NCBI GenBank assembly: GCA_038209745.1
Contig: JBBQXJ010000087.1
Span: 1 to 19,620, forward strand
Length of the DNA: 19,620 bases
DNA from: Verrucomicrobiota bacterium
GTDB lineage: Bacteria > Verrucomicrobiota > Verrucomicrobiia > Limisphaerales > CANJSG01
Reading direction: 5' to 3'
Both the position numbers and the translations under genes were made by a program. The notes beneath the pieces are model-generated. The model saw nothing but the letters and a program-made list of their open reading frames with translations. It was not told the origin of the DNA and ran no database searches. Shown here piece after piece: positions 7,606 to 16,775 of the stretch (the first letter of the stretch is position 1; every line of letters starts with the position of its first letter).

Positions 7606-8946
7606 TCAAACGACCTTGGAGAACCACCTCGAATCTCCCGGCACCGGGATCGGATAGAGTCCGTTCGCCATCGGTTTGACGAGCGGCTCAGCGTCAAAGG
7701 ACAGGACCGGGGGCATCGTGTTGACAGTGGAATTGAGCGCCTGTTCCCAAGTGATCTCCTTGCCCGTGTAGGTGGACATCCGGCCCAGGATCGCGGTCAG
7801 AGTGCTCTCCGCGCCATACACCGCCTCGTTGTAGGGCGTATTGTCGCGGATGGCCGCGAACAGATCGTCATGCTCCTGCTGGTAGGGATCCTTCGCATTG
7901 CCGCGGAAACGCCAATTGTCTCCGCCGGTAATGACGTTGCTTTCGAGATTCGCCCGCCCTTTGGTGCCTATGGCATATTGCGACACTTCGTTCCAACAGC
8001 CTTGTTGATGCCGGCATTGGCTGAAACAAATCGAGTCGTCGGGATAGGTGAACTCGACGACGTGATGGTCGAAGATCTCGCCGTAGTCAGGGCCCTTGCG
8101 GGTCTCGCAACCGCCGTTGCCCCGGGCCTTGGTGGGATGCCCGTTCTTCAGCCAATTGATCACGTCGAGATTGTGGATGTGCTGCTCGACAATGTGGTCG
8201 CCGCAAATCCACACGAAGTAATACCAGTTGCGCAGCTGATACTCCATTTCGGACAGCTTGCGGCCTGCATCCTTCTCCAGTTGGGCCCGCGGATGCACCC
8301 AGGGAGTGTTGCCGTTCCAATAGGCCCGCATGGCCACGACGTCGCCGATCGCCCCGTCTTGGATCCGCTTGATCGCCTCGATGTGACCCGGGTGGTGGTG
8401 GCGCTGGAGACCGACTCCGACTTTAAGCCCCTTCTTCTTGGATTCTTCCGCGGCGGCGAGGAAGCGGCGGATCCCCGGGCCGTCCACTCCGACCGGCTTT
8501 TCGGTGAAGATGTTCTTGCCCTGCTTCACGGCTTCCTCGAACTGCATCGGCCGGAAACCCGGAGGGGTTGCGAGAATGACCACGTCGGCCAGGGCGATGG
8601 CCTGCTTGTAGGCTTCGAAGCCGATGAACTGGCGATCCTTCGGCACATCCACGCTGTTGGGATGAAGTTCCTTGAGCTGGCGCAGGCTTCCTTCGAGATG
8701 GTCGGGGAAGATGTCCGCCATCGCGACGAGCTTGGTCTTGGCGGAGACGTTGCTCAGGGCCTGGTTGGCGGCTCCGGAGCCGCGGCCGCCGCAACCGACC
8801 AGAGCGACCTTGAGCACGTCGCTGCTTTGGGCGGCATGGGCGAAACGTTCGACGGAAAGTCCCGCGAGCATGGCTCCCCCGACGACGGCGGAGGATTTGA
8901 GAAAACCACGACGGGTCAGAGCAGATTCCTGTTTGGGCTGGTTCAT
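7606..8946 (-). CDS. Tat-exported Gfo/Idh/MocA family NAD(P)-dependent oxidoreductase
   Basis: Twin-arginine signal TRRGFLK, Rossmann motif VALVGCGGRGSGA, EKP motif, NWYYF.W.CGDHIVEQHIHNLD. Confidence 0.93.
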   Translation of the reverse strand: MNQPKQESALTRRGFLKSSAVVGGAMLAGLSVERFAHAAQSSDVLKVALVGCGGRGSGAANQALSNVSAKTKLVAMADIFPDHLEGSLRQLKELHPNSVDVPKDRQFIGFEAYKQAIALADVVILATPPGFRPMQFEEAVKQGKNIFTEKPVGVDGPGIRRFLAAAEESKKKGLKVGVGLQRHHHPGHIEAIKRIQDGAIGDVVAMRAYWNGNTPWVHPRAQLEKDAGRKLSEMEYQLRNWYYFVWICGDHIVEQHIHNLDVINWLKNGHPTKARGNGGCETRKGPDYGEIFDHHVVEFTYPDDSICFSQCRHQQGCWNEVSQYAIGTKGRANLESNVITGGDNWRFRGNAKDPYQQEHDDLFAAIRDNTPYNEAVYGAESTLTAILGRMSTYTGKEITWEQALNSTVNTMPPVLSFDAEPLVKPMANGLYPIPVPGDSRWFSKVV

Positions 8947-9151
8947 AGGGATTGGATGTTTGCGAGCCGTATTGACGTTGTCATGTCACCTATATTCACG
9001 AGTGGAGGCCGCCCTCGGCGGCATCTGCGGGAATGGACCGACGCTGCCCGATCTTCCGCGAATGTCCAACCTGTTCCCTTCCGTTGATCGCGCCGCTTGC
9101 CGGCATCGCAAGATCCCGCCCACTCTTCCCCCGGCGCCGCAGCGCACCATT

Positions 9152-9652
9152 ATGCCAGAGGAAATCTTCGACGTGGTCAATGAACAGGACGAAGTAGTCG
9201 GACAAGAAACCAGAAGGCGCGTCCATCAGCTCGGACTGCTCCATCGCGCCGTGCATGTGCTGGTCTTCAATCGTGGAGGCGACGTGTTCCTCCAAAAGAG
9301 GTCGATGCTGAAAGACAACTGGCCCGGAGTGTGGGACTCCTCCGCCTCGGGCCACGTAGACTCCGGCGAGGACTACGACTCCTGCTCTGTCCGCGAACTG
9401 CGCGAAGAACTCGGCTGGACCGGTTCCTCGGCCCCGGAACCGATCTTCAAGATCGCCGCCTGCTCCGAAACCGGGCAAGAGCACGTCTGGGTCTATCATC
9501 TGGTCGCCGAGGGACCGTTCAACCTGCATCCGGAAGAGATCGACGGCGGCGACTGGTTCCGTCCGGAAAGGGTCACTGCTTGGATCGGCCGGAGGCCCGA
9601 AGACTTCGCCAGCGGTTTCCGGCTCGTGTGGTCGCTCTTCCTCCAGCGATGA
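9152..9652 (+). CDS. Nudix hydrolase (IDI-like/YfcD-like)
   Basis: Nudix box GHVDSGEDYDSCSVRELREELG; HRAVHVLVFN, LQKRS..KD..PG.WD; ATG at 9152. Confidence 0.92.
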   Translation: MPEEIFDVVNEQDEVVGQETRRRVHQLGLLHRAVHVLVFNRGGDVFLQKRSMLKDNWPGVWDSSASGHVDSGEDYDSCSVRELREELGWTGSSAPEPIFKIAACSETGQEHVWVYHLVAEGPFNLHPEEIDGGDWFRPERVTAWIGRRPEDFASGFRLVWSLFLQR

Positions 9653-9682
9653 GTTCTGGATTCCACCCCCGGAGCTTCAGGG

Positions 9683-10078
9683 TCATTCGAAGACCGTTCC
9701 GGCCGGCCGTTCCACCAAGTGCAGCAGGTTCCCCTCGGGATCGCTGAAGAACAGCACGCGCCCGCCGCCGCCCGCCGGCTTCGGGGCTTCGGGGAACCGG
9801 ACCCCATGCCGCTCCAGCTCGGCCTTGGCCTGATCGATCGAATCCACCCTCAACGCCAGATGCCGGAATCCGTTCAGCTTGTTGTCGGCGGTTTCCCTCA
9901 GCGCAAAATCTCCCTCGTAGATCTCCAACATCAGACCGTCCGCCATGCGAAGGAAATAGGCCGGAGGCGTCTGGCCGTTTTCGTAGACCAGCCCGGCCCC
10001 CAAGACCCGGCCATACCAGTCTTTCAAAGCCGACGGATCGCGTGCCGGAAGCCCCAGATGCTCAACTCGGAATTGCAT
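9683..10078 (-). CDS. VOC / glyoxalase family protein
   Basis: EHLGL, WYGRVLG, LEIY, RHLALRVDSID, FFSDPEGNLLHLVE. Confidence 0.9.
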   Translation of the reverse strand: MQFRVEHLGLPARDPSALKDWYGRVLGAGLVYENGQTPPAYFLRMADGLMLEIYEGDFALRETADNKLNGFRHLALRVDSIDQAKAELERHGVRFPEAPKPAGGGGRVLFFSDPEGNLLHLVERPAGTVFE

Positions 10079-10156
10079 CGGGCCGATGTAGCCGACAGAC
10101 CGGTTTGGCGACAGCTGAAAATGGCCACGGGCCGGGGCCGCGGCGGGGTGGATTGC

Positions 10157-10185
10157 TTGACGCTCCCAGACCCCTCCAGTAGCTT
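10157..10185 (+). promoter_or_regulatory. Sigma70-type promoter of clpPX (TTGACG-17-TAGCTT)
   Basis: -35 at 10157-10162, -10 at 10180-10185, 17-nt spacer, 27 nt upstream of the clpP ATG. Confidence 0.65.
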
Positions 10186-10212
10186 GCCCCCGCTAAAAAA
10201 AGAGCTGTAAAT

Positions 10213-10842
10213 ATGCAGAATTTTCTCATCCCACATGTCATCGAGCAGACCGGACGCGGAGAGCGCGGCTACGACATCTACTCCCGTCTTCTTGTCGACC
10301 GCATCGTGTTCCTCGGGACAGCCGTGGACGACATGGTGGCGAACGTCATCATTGCGCAGTTCCTCTTTCTACAGATGACCGATCCGAAGAAGGACATCCA
10401 TTTCTACATCAACTCCCCCGGGGGCAGCGTCACCGCCGGCATGGCGATCTACGACACCATGCAGTTCGTCACCTGCGACGTGAACACCTACTGCATCGGC
10501 ATGGCCGCCAGCATGGGCGCCCTCCTCCTCTGCGCCGGCACCAAGGGCAAACGGTTCGCCCTGCCGAACTCCGAGATCATGATCCATCAGATTCTCGGCG
10601 GCGCCCAAGGCCAGGCCAGCGACGTAGAGATCCAGGCAAGACGGATGCTCAAGCTCAAGGCGAAGCTCAACCACGTCATCGCCAAACACACCGGCAAGCC
10701 CTACGACATCGTCGAGAAGGCCTGCGACCGCGACAACTGGATGGAACCCGAAGAGGCGAAGGAATTCGGCATGGTCGACGAAGTCGTCAAGTCCCGTAAG
10801 GAAGTTCCCGGCCTGCCCGACTCCACCTCTGTCGTCCCCTGA
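10213..10842 (+). CDS. clpP: ATP-dependent Clp protease proteolytic subunit
   Basis: [16 protein letters not shown], catalytic Ser (AASMGA), His (IMIHQ) and Asp (DRDNWM). Confidence 0.98.
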   Translation: MQNFLIPHVIEQTGRGERGYDIYSRLLVDRIVFLGTAVDDMVANVIIAQFLFLQMTDPKKDIHFYINSPGGSVTAGMAIYDTMQFVTCDVNTYCIGMAASMGALLLCAGTKGKRFALPNSEIMIHQILGGAQGQASDVEIQARRMLKLKAKLNHVIAKHTGKPYDIVEKACDRDNWMEPEEAKEFGMVDEVVKSRKEVPGLPDSTSVVP

Positions 10843-10848
10843 TCCCCT

Positions 10849-12144
10849 ATGGCCCGGCCGACCAATATCACGCTCTGCAGCTTCTGCGGGAAATCCCACG
10901 CCGAAGTCCGCAAGCTCATTGCCGGTCCAGGAGTCTACATCTGCGACAACTGCGTCAACCTCTGCAAAAACGTCCTCGACAAGGAATTGTCGGGCGACAG
11001 CAAGAAGACACAGCCCAAATTCTCAGTCCCCAAGCCGGCAGAGATCTGTCGTCGGCTCGACGAGATGTGCATCGGCCAGGAGCACGCCAAGAAGGTCCTC
11101 TCCGTCGCCGTCCACAACCACTACAAGCGCATCCTTCAGGATCCGGTCCTTCCCATGCCCTTGGATGGTTCCGAAGAGCCGTCCGACCATCCACTGTCCG
11201 AAGTCGAACTGGAGAAGAGCAACATCCTCCTCATCGGCCCCACCGGTTCCGGCAAGACCCTGCTCGCAAAGACGCTGGCCCGCGTGCTCGACGTCCCGTT
11301 CGCCATCGCCGACGCCACCACCTTGACCGAAGCGGGATACGTGGGTGAAGACGTGGAGAACATCATCCTGCGCCTCCTCCAGAGCGCCGACTACGATGTG
11401 AAGCGCGCGCAGATGGGCATCGTCTACGTCGACGAAATCGACAAGATCGCCCGCAAGACCGAAAACGTCTCCATCACCCGCGACGTCTCCGGTGAAGGTG
11501 TCCAGCAAGCCCTTCTCAAGATCCTCGAAGGCACCGTTTGCAACGTCCCCCCGCAGGGCGGCCGCAAACATCCGCAGCAGGAATACATCCGGGTCGACAC
11601 GTCAAACATCCTCTTCATCTGCGGCGGCGCGTTTGTCGGATTGGAAAAGGTCATCCAGCGCCGCATCGGCCGTCGTGTGATGGGATTCTCCGCCACGGAG
11701 GAAGGCGCCAAGGCCGCATCCCTTTCCGAAAAGCAGATCGTCCACAAGGTCGAACCCGAGGACATCCTGAGCTTCGGATTCATCCCGGAATTCATCGGGC
11801 GCCTCCCCGTCACGACGGTTCTCGACCAGCTCACCGAAGGTCAGCTCGTCTCCATCCTCGTGGACCCCAAGAACGCGATCACCAAACAGTTCGCCAAACT
11901 CTTGGCCATGGAGGATGTCTCCCTCGAATTCACCGACGAAGCGCTCCACGAGCTCGCGGCCCAGGCCCTCACCAAGGGCACCGGTGCCCGAGCCCTGCGC
12001 AGCCTGATCGAGAAGCTTATGCTCGACGTGATGTATGACGTGCCGACCAGCGGCGACGTCCAGTCCGTCAAGATCACCCGCCAAGTCGTCCTCGGTGAAG
12101 CCGAACCCATCGTCCAGCGCAAAGCCTCGCAGGAAGCCGCCTGA
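10849..12144 (+). CDS. clpX: ATP-dependent Clp protease ATP-binding subunit ClpX
   Basis: Zn-binding domain CSFCGK...CDNC, Walker [32 protein letters not shown]. Confidence 0.98.
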   Translation: MARPTNITLCSFCGKSHAEVRKLIAGPGVYICDNCVNLCKNVLDKELSGDSKKTQPKFSVPKPAEICRRLDEMCIGQEHAKKVLSVAVHNHYKRILQDPVLPMPLDGSEEPSDHPLSEVELEKSNILLIGPTGSGKTLLAKTLARVLDVPFAIADATTLTEAGYVGEDVENIILRLLQSADYDVKRAQMGIVYVDEIDKIARKTENVSITRDVSGEGVQQALLKILEGTVCNVPPQGGRKHPQQEYIRVDTSNILFICGGAFVGLEKVIQRRIGRRVMGFSATEEGAKAASLSEKQIVHKVEPEDILSFGFIPEFIGRLPVTTVLDQLTEGQLVSILVDPKNAITKQFAKLLAMEDVSLEFTDEALHELAAQALTKGTGARALRSLIEKLMLDVMYDVPTSGDVQSVKITRQVVLGEAEPIVQRKASQEAA

Positions 12145-12176
12145 GCGGAGCCAGGCCCGGTCCAACAATCTCTCCC

Positions 12177-12208
12177 AAGGGCCACATCGGCCTGTGGCCC
12201 TTTTGTTT
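12177..12208 (+). terminator. Intrinsic terminator after clpX
   Basis: aagggccaca-tcggcc-tgtggccctt followed by ttgttt (10-bp perfect stem). Confidence 0.85.
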
Positions 12209-12275
12209 GCCGGGACACGAACCGATCAAGGAGCACCCCACCCCGCCCCGTTCACGCGCCCCTTTGTTCAGCACT

Positions 12276-13619
12276 TCACGAGGCGACGCCCAATGTCACC
12301 TTCTCCGCCACCAGTGTCGGAAGGAGGATCTGGACCCCTTCCCGAGCCGCGTTCACTTCCATCGAGGAACCCGCCTTGGCCACCATTCGCCGCGCGGACC
12401 CCACCATCTTGTCCACCCATGCGTCGTCGTGCGAAGGATCATGGTGGAAGAGGAACAGCTTCCGGACCCCGGCCTTCATGGCGAGATCGACCCCGTCTTC
12501 GTAGCAGGTGTGGCCCCAGCCGACATGTTCGGCGTATTCGGCGGCGTCGTATTGCGCGTCGAGGATGAGGACGTCCGCACCGGCCACGAAGTCGGATACT
12601 TTCTGGTCCTTCTCCTCGGCGAAGGCGCGTTCCAGATCCGATCCGCCCATCTGATCGCGGAAACGTCGGAACAGCTCCACATCCGGAAGATAGGCCACGG
12701 AGCCCGCACTCGTAAAAAGCCGGTAGCCGGTGCAGACGCCGGGGTGGTTGAGGAACTCCGCCCGGACTCGGATCGATCCGATGTTGAAGTCCATCTCCGC
12801 GAGTTCCCGGATCTGGAGATGGCCCGGCATCTCCCGCATGCTGATCGGGAAATAGGGGCTTTCCATCTGGGAAAGCAACGTCCGCTCCAGACCGCTCCGA
12901 GCCCCTTCGAAGCCGAAGATCCGCACTTCATTCTGCTGATTGTAGGCCGGCAGGAAGAAGGGGAACCCCTGGATGTGGTCCCAATGGGTGTGGGTGATCA
13001 AGACCGTCAATGCCAACGGCGTCCCTTTGAACTCCTGGTCGAGGGAGATTCCCAGGTTCCGCAAACCGGTCCCGGCATCCAGCACGATCAATTCCCCGTC
13101 GGCACGAACCTCGACACAGGAAGTGTTTCCACCGTAAGCCACGGTGCCTTTGCCGGGCACGGGGATGGATCCGCGCACGCCCCAGAAGCGGATCAAGGTG
13201 CCTTGGGGACTGTCGGTCCCGAGCTGGACCTTCGGAGGGTCGGGAACGCGGCGGTTGGCGGTGAGCCGGTCGAGCATCTGGGGAAGTTCGGCCAGTTCCA
13301 ACGGCTTGATGAAATACGCGTCCGCACCGGCCTCGATGGCGGCCAACCGATCCGAGGAGTAGCCGCTGCCCGTGGTCACGACGACCTTGGTGTCCGGAAG
13401 CCGGGCCCGCTGTTCCTTGATCGAACGGCAAAACTTGAAGCCGTTGCCTCGCGGCATGAGCAGATCGCACAGCACCACGTCGGGTTTCTCCCGCAGCGCG
13501 ACCTCCAGACCGGACTCGCCATCCTCGGCCAGCAAGACCCGCCACCCATGGGAACCGAGCCATTCGCCCACCAATTGGCGAAAGCCCGGTTCATCGTCGA
13601 TTACCAGAACCGTCTTCAT
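12276..13619 (-). CDS. Response-regulator receiver domain fused to a metallo-beta-lactamase-fold hydrolase (putative phosphodiesterase)
   Basis: REC: VLVIDDE, CDLLMP (phosphoacceptor Asp), GADAYFIKP. MBL: FWGVRGSIP, GGNTSC, DAGTG, THTHWDHIQG, HPG, GWGHT, FHHDP. ATG at 13619. Confidence 0.9.
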   Translation of the reverse strand: MKTVLVIDDEPGFRQLVGEWLGSHGWRVLLAEDGESGLEVALREKPDVVLCDLLMPRGNGFKFCRSIKEQRARLPDTKVVVTTGSGYSSDRLAAIEAGADAYFIKPLELAELPQMLDRLTANRRVPDPPKVQLGTDSPQGTLIRFWGVRGSIPVPGKGTVAYGGNTSCVEVRADGELIVLDAGTGLRNLGISLDQEFKGTPLALTVLITHTHWDHIQGFPFFLPAYNQQNEVRIFGFEGARSGLERTLLSQMESPYFPISMREMPGHLQIRELAEMDFNIGSIRVRAEFLNHPGVCTGYRLFTSAGSVAYLPDVELFRRFRDQMGGSDLERAFAEEKDQKVSDFVAGADVLILDAQYDAAEYAEHVGWGHTCYEDGVDLAMKAGVRKLFLFHHDPSHDDAWVDKMVGSARRMVAKAGSSMEVNAAREGVQILLPTLVAEKVTLGVAS

Positions 13620-13795
13620 TTGAAACAGTATCGGCCATCCGCGAGCCCCGGTGAATCCGGCAGCCCGATTATTAGCCATTGTTGGGCCGAGTGGATGCCC
13701 GAGCCGGAACCGTCGGTCACGAAAAATCCAACATTTCGCCCTTGAGCCGAGCAAGTTTCCCGATAGGAATCTCGCCGGTACTAACCTCCTGAACC

Positions 13796-14551
13796 ATGAC
13801 CCACCAAATCAAATCCTTGCTCCGTGTCGGAGCCATCACCGGGGCCGCGCTGACCGCCCAAACCGTCGTCTTCGGGCAATCCGCCCCGACCCTCACGGAA
13901 TCGGTGAAATGGGAGACCTCGGCTTCCCTCGGCTTCACGCTGACCAGCGGCAACAGCGACACGCTGCTCGCCACGGCCGACATCACCTCCAGCCGCAAAT
14001 GGGACAAGAACGAGCTGACCGCCGCCGCCGGCCTGACCTACGGCCAAAACTCGGGGGTCAAGAACTCCGATTCCCAGCACATTTCCCTCCAATACAACCG
14101 CCTCCTGACCGGCAAGTGGTTCGCCTACGGACGCGTCGAGTGGATGCGCGACTCCATCGCCGACATCGACTATCGACTCACCGTTTCCCCCGGTATGGGC
14201 TACTACTTCTGGAAAGATGCGAAGAAGGGCTTCCTCCGTGCTGAAGTCGGCCCCGGCTACGTCTTCGAGAAGAAGGGCGGCGTGAGCGACGACTATTTAA
14301 CCCTCCGAGTCGCCGAGCGTTTCGAATACAAGCTCAGCGACACGGCCAAGCTGTGGCAGTCGCTCGAAATCACGCCCGACGTCCGCAACTTCAGCAACTA
14401 TCAGGCGGTCGGCGAGATCGGCGTCGATCTGACCATCGTGAAGAACCTCGGGCTCCGCGCCTACATCCAGGACGTCTACAACAACCAACCCGCCGCCGGC
14501 CGCAAAAAAAACGATCTCAAGCTCGTCACCGCGCTGTCCTACAAGTTCTAA
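13796..14551 (+). CDS. DUF481 (YdiY-like) outer-membrane beta-barrel protein
   Basis: Signal peptide, W...ASLGFTLTSGNSDT, PGMGYYF, EVGPGY..EK, amphipathic strands, terminal YKF. Confidence 0.87.
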   Translation: MTHQIKSLLRVGAITGAALTAQTVVFGQSAPTLTESVKWETSASLGFTLTSGNSDTLLATADITSSRKWDKNELTAAAGLTYGQNSGVKNSDSQHISLQYNRLLTGKWFAYGRVEWMRDSIADIDYRLTVSPGMGYYFWKDAKKGFLRAEVGPGYVFEKKGGVSDDYLTLRVAERFEYKLSDTAKLWQSLEITPDVRNFSNYQAVGEIGVDLTIVKNLGLRAYIQDVYNNQPAAGRKKNDLKLVTALSYKF

Positions 14552-14576
14552 ACCAAGCCCCAGATTCTGGATCCCG

Positions 14577-14612
14577 AACTGCCCGACGGCCCTTCGCCGT
14601 CGGGCAGTTTTG
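14577..14612. terminator. Probable bidirectional terminator hairpin between the DUF481 gene and rsmA
   Basis: Perfect 14-bp stem aactgcccgacggc / gccgtcgggcagtt with a 5-nt loop, between convergent stop codons. Confidence 0.85.
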
Positions 14613-14616
14613 TGGC

Positions 14617-15555
14617 TCAATCCGCCGTCGATTCGGCCGTCGAATCGGCCTCCGCAGGCGCCTCCGGCCCCATCGCCTTCACCAATTCCACGAATTTCTC
14701 CAACGGCAGTGCTTCGGCCCGGATCGTCTTCGAGACGCCGCATTGCTCGAAAAGCGCCACCCAATCGTGTTCCCGCCACGCGTCCCGGAGAAGTTTCAGC
14801 ATCATCTTCCGGCGTTGGGAAAACGAGTGCTTCACCAGCCGCGTGAAGCGCTTCAGCTCGGCCCCGGGTTCCAACAGCGGAACGTTCCGCCGGACCAGGG
14901 TCACACACGCCGAATCCACGTTCGGCATCGGAAAGAAACACGAGGCCGGGATCTTGAACCACTCCTTCGGCTCGTATCGCACCTGCACCAAGAGCGAGAG
15001 CTTGCCGTAGTCGTCGTCGTTGCCCTTCGCCATGATGCGTTGCGCCACTTCCAGTTGCAGCGTCGCCACCAACCGCTCAGGACACCCCACGGACTGGGCC
15101 AGTTCCACCAGGATGGGCGACGCCACCGAGTACGGCAGGTTCGCCACCAGCTTCCACTCCGACCAGTCGCGAGGCCGTTGCTGGAGCTCCTTCAAGGCAT
15201 CCGCATGCAGCAGTCCCAATTGAGGTCCGGCCGCCTCTTCGCCCGCCGTGTCCGGCACGACGGACGAGTCGTCGCTCGGCACGTCTCCCGTCTCCAAGCC
15301 GAAGCGTTCGCGGAGCACCTCGACCAGTCGCGCATCCATTTCGATGGCCAACACGTCCGCGCCGGCGGCCAGCAGATGCGCCGTCAACGGCCCCAGTCCT
15401 GGACCGATCTCCAGCACCTTGTCACCCGGCTTCACCTCTCCCGCGGCCACGATCCGCTTCAACTGGTTCGCATCATGCAGGAAGTTTTGTCCAAGCGACT
15501 TGGTGAGCTGGATGTTGCGCTTATCCAACAGCTCGCGGATTTGTTTCAGATTCAT
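14617..15555 (-). CDS. rsmA: 16S rRNA m6,2A dimethyltransferase RsmA/KsgA
   Basis: KSLGQNFL, VLEIGPGLGPLT, IEMD, VANLPY, LQLEVAQR, YGKLS, FFPMPNVDSA, FSQRRK, RAE; ATG at 15555. Confidence 0.96.
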   Translation of the reverse strand: MNLKQIRELLDKRNIQLTKSLGQNFLHDANQLKRIVAAGEVKPGDKVLEIGPGLGPLTAHLLAAGADVLAIEMDARLVEVLRERFGLETGDVPSDDSSVVPDTAGEEAAGPQLGLLHADALKELQQRPRDWSEWKLVANLPYSVASPILVELAQSVGCPERLVATLQLEVAQRIMAKGNDDDYGKLSLLVQVRYEPKEWFKIPASCFFPMPNVDSACVTLVRRNVPLLEPGAELKRFTRLVKHSFSQRRKMMLKLLRDAWREHDWVALFEQCGVSKTIRAEALPLEKFVELVKAMGPEAPAEADSTAESTAD

Positions 15556-15755
15556 TCGGTCAAAGAGGGCTTCCCACCGGAGGCACCAGGGCGAAGCGGC
15601 GGCCATCCTACCTGCCCACCCGGCGGCCACAAGGCGCGGCTGGCAAACTGGGGAGTGCCGGCCGGGCAATCCGTCACTTCTCAGCGGACGAGCTCGCTCG
15701 TTCGCGTCACCGAGGCATGGTTTCCTCGTGGCAAGATTCACACCTCTACCGCGAC

Positions 15756-15788
15756 TCCGCACCCGTGATTCCGCACCCGTGATTCCGC
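15756..15788. repeat. 14-bp direct tandem repeat (tccgcacccgtgat), about 2.4 copies
   Basis: tccgcacccgtgat tccgcacccgtgat tccgc, in the divergent rsmA/YHS intergenic region. Confidence 0.85.
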
Positions 15789-15822
15789 TGTAAGGCCGTC
15801 AACGTCCCCGCTACCCACCCGT

Positions 15823-16299
15823 ATGATGACACTTCGATCCGCTTCAATCCGCGCCAGCGTCCTGCTCGGCGTTCTCTTTGCCGCCGCACAGACCTTCGCC
15901 GCATCGCCTGTGGCCGAATACAATCTTCCCGCCGACAAACTGGCGCTGGACGGCTACGACCCCGTCGCCTATTTCACGGACCAAAAGGCCGTCAAAGGCT
16001 CCGCCACCATCGAGGCCATCCACACGGAAGTCCGCTACCGGTTCGCCACCGAAGCCCATCGGCAGACCTTCACCAACGCCCCCGCCAAGTATCTCCCGAC
16101 CTACGGCGGTTGGTGCGCCACCGCCATGGCCAAAGGCGACAAGGTCGAGATCGACCCGACCAATTTCAAGATCACCAACGGCCGCCTCTTCCTCTTCTAC
16201 AAGGGATTCTGGGGCAGTGCCCGAAAGGACTGGGACAAGAACGAAGGCACGATGACCACGAAAGCCGACGCCGCCTGGAAGAAAATATCCGGGGAATGA
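15823..16299 (+). CDS. Secreted YHS-domain (seleno)protein family member, Cys form
   Basis: Signal peptide; ALDGYDPVAYF, YRFATEAHRQTF..APAKYLPTYGGWCA, IDP..FKI.NGRLFLFY, AD.AW. The Cys is encoded by TGC. Confidence 0.88.
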   Translation: MMTLRSASIRASVLLGVLFAAAQTFAASPVAEYNLPADKLALDGYDPVAYFTDQKAVKGSATIEAIHTEVRYRFATEAHRQTFTNAPAKYLPTYGGWCATAMAKGDKVEIDPTNFKITNGRLFLFYKGFWGSARKDWDKNEGTMTTKADAAWKKISGE

Positions 16300-16318
16300 A
16301 CCCCACTCCCTGAGCCCC

Positions 16319-16765
16319 ATGAACCAAGCCTGCCAGCCCTGCCGGGTCCACCAGATCGTCAGCTGGACGTTCCAGATCATCGCCGCCGCCGTCCTGCTCC
16401 AGACCCTGTTCTTCAAGTTCACCGGCGCCGAGGAATCCGTCTACATCTTCACCCAGCTCGGTGCAGAACCTTGGGGGCGCATCGGCAGCGGGGTGGTGGA
16501 ACTCGTCGCCGCCGGCCTGCTCCTCAGCGGCCGGTTCTCGGCCATGGGCGGCCTTCTGGCAGCCGGCGTCATGGGTGGCGCCATCTTGAGCCACATGACC
16601 CGGCTCGGCATCATCGTGAAGGACGATGGCGGCCTCCTCTTCGGACTCGCCTGGGTCGTCCTCGCGTCCGGCCTGATCGTGGCTTGGCTCCGGCGCGACT
16701 CCCTGCCCATCATCGGCCCCAGGATCCTGTCCAGGGCGGCCTGTACGGAACCTCCGCCAAACTAA
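16319..16765 (+). CDS. DoxX-family membrane protein
   Basis: LLQTLFFKFTGAEESVYIF..LG.EPWGRIGSGVVEL, MGGAILSH...LGI; about 4 TM helices. Confidence 0.85.
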   Translation: MNQACQPCRVHQIVSWTFQIIAAAVLLQTLFFKFTGAEESVYIFTQLGAEPWGRIGSGVVELVAAGLLLSGRFSAMGGLLAAGVMGGAILSHMTRLGIIVKDDGGLLFGLAWVVLASGLIVAWLRRDSLPIIGPRILSRAACTEPPPN

Positions 16766-16775
16766 AATCCTCCCC

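Noticed and set aside
7870..9087. 405-aa + strand ORF antisense to the Gfo/Idh/MocA gene
   Set aside because: Shadow ORF from high-GC codon bias; no motifs; mostly overlaps a well-supported gene.
9152..9652. Nudix protein as isopentenyl-diphosphate isomerase (idi)
   Set aside because: It has SSASGH where type 1 IDI carries its catalytic Cys, so it is kept as a generic Nudix hydrolase.
11670..11695. ClpX IGF loop reads MGF; clpP is not preceded by tig
   Set aside because: Hydrophobic-G-F variants and clpPX without tig are within normal variation.
12207..13745. 512-aa + strand ORF antisense to REC-MBL
   Set aside because: Antisense shadow with no recognisable domain; it also starts within the clpX terminator.
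14353..15768. 471-aa Arg/His-rich ORF across DUF481 and rsmA
   Set aside because: Off-frame/antisense composition; crosses a terminator hairpin.
15823..16299. Selenocysteine in the YHS protein
   Set aside because: The only Cys is encoded by TGC and there is no internal TGA.
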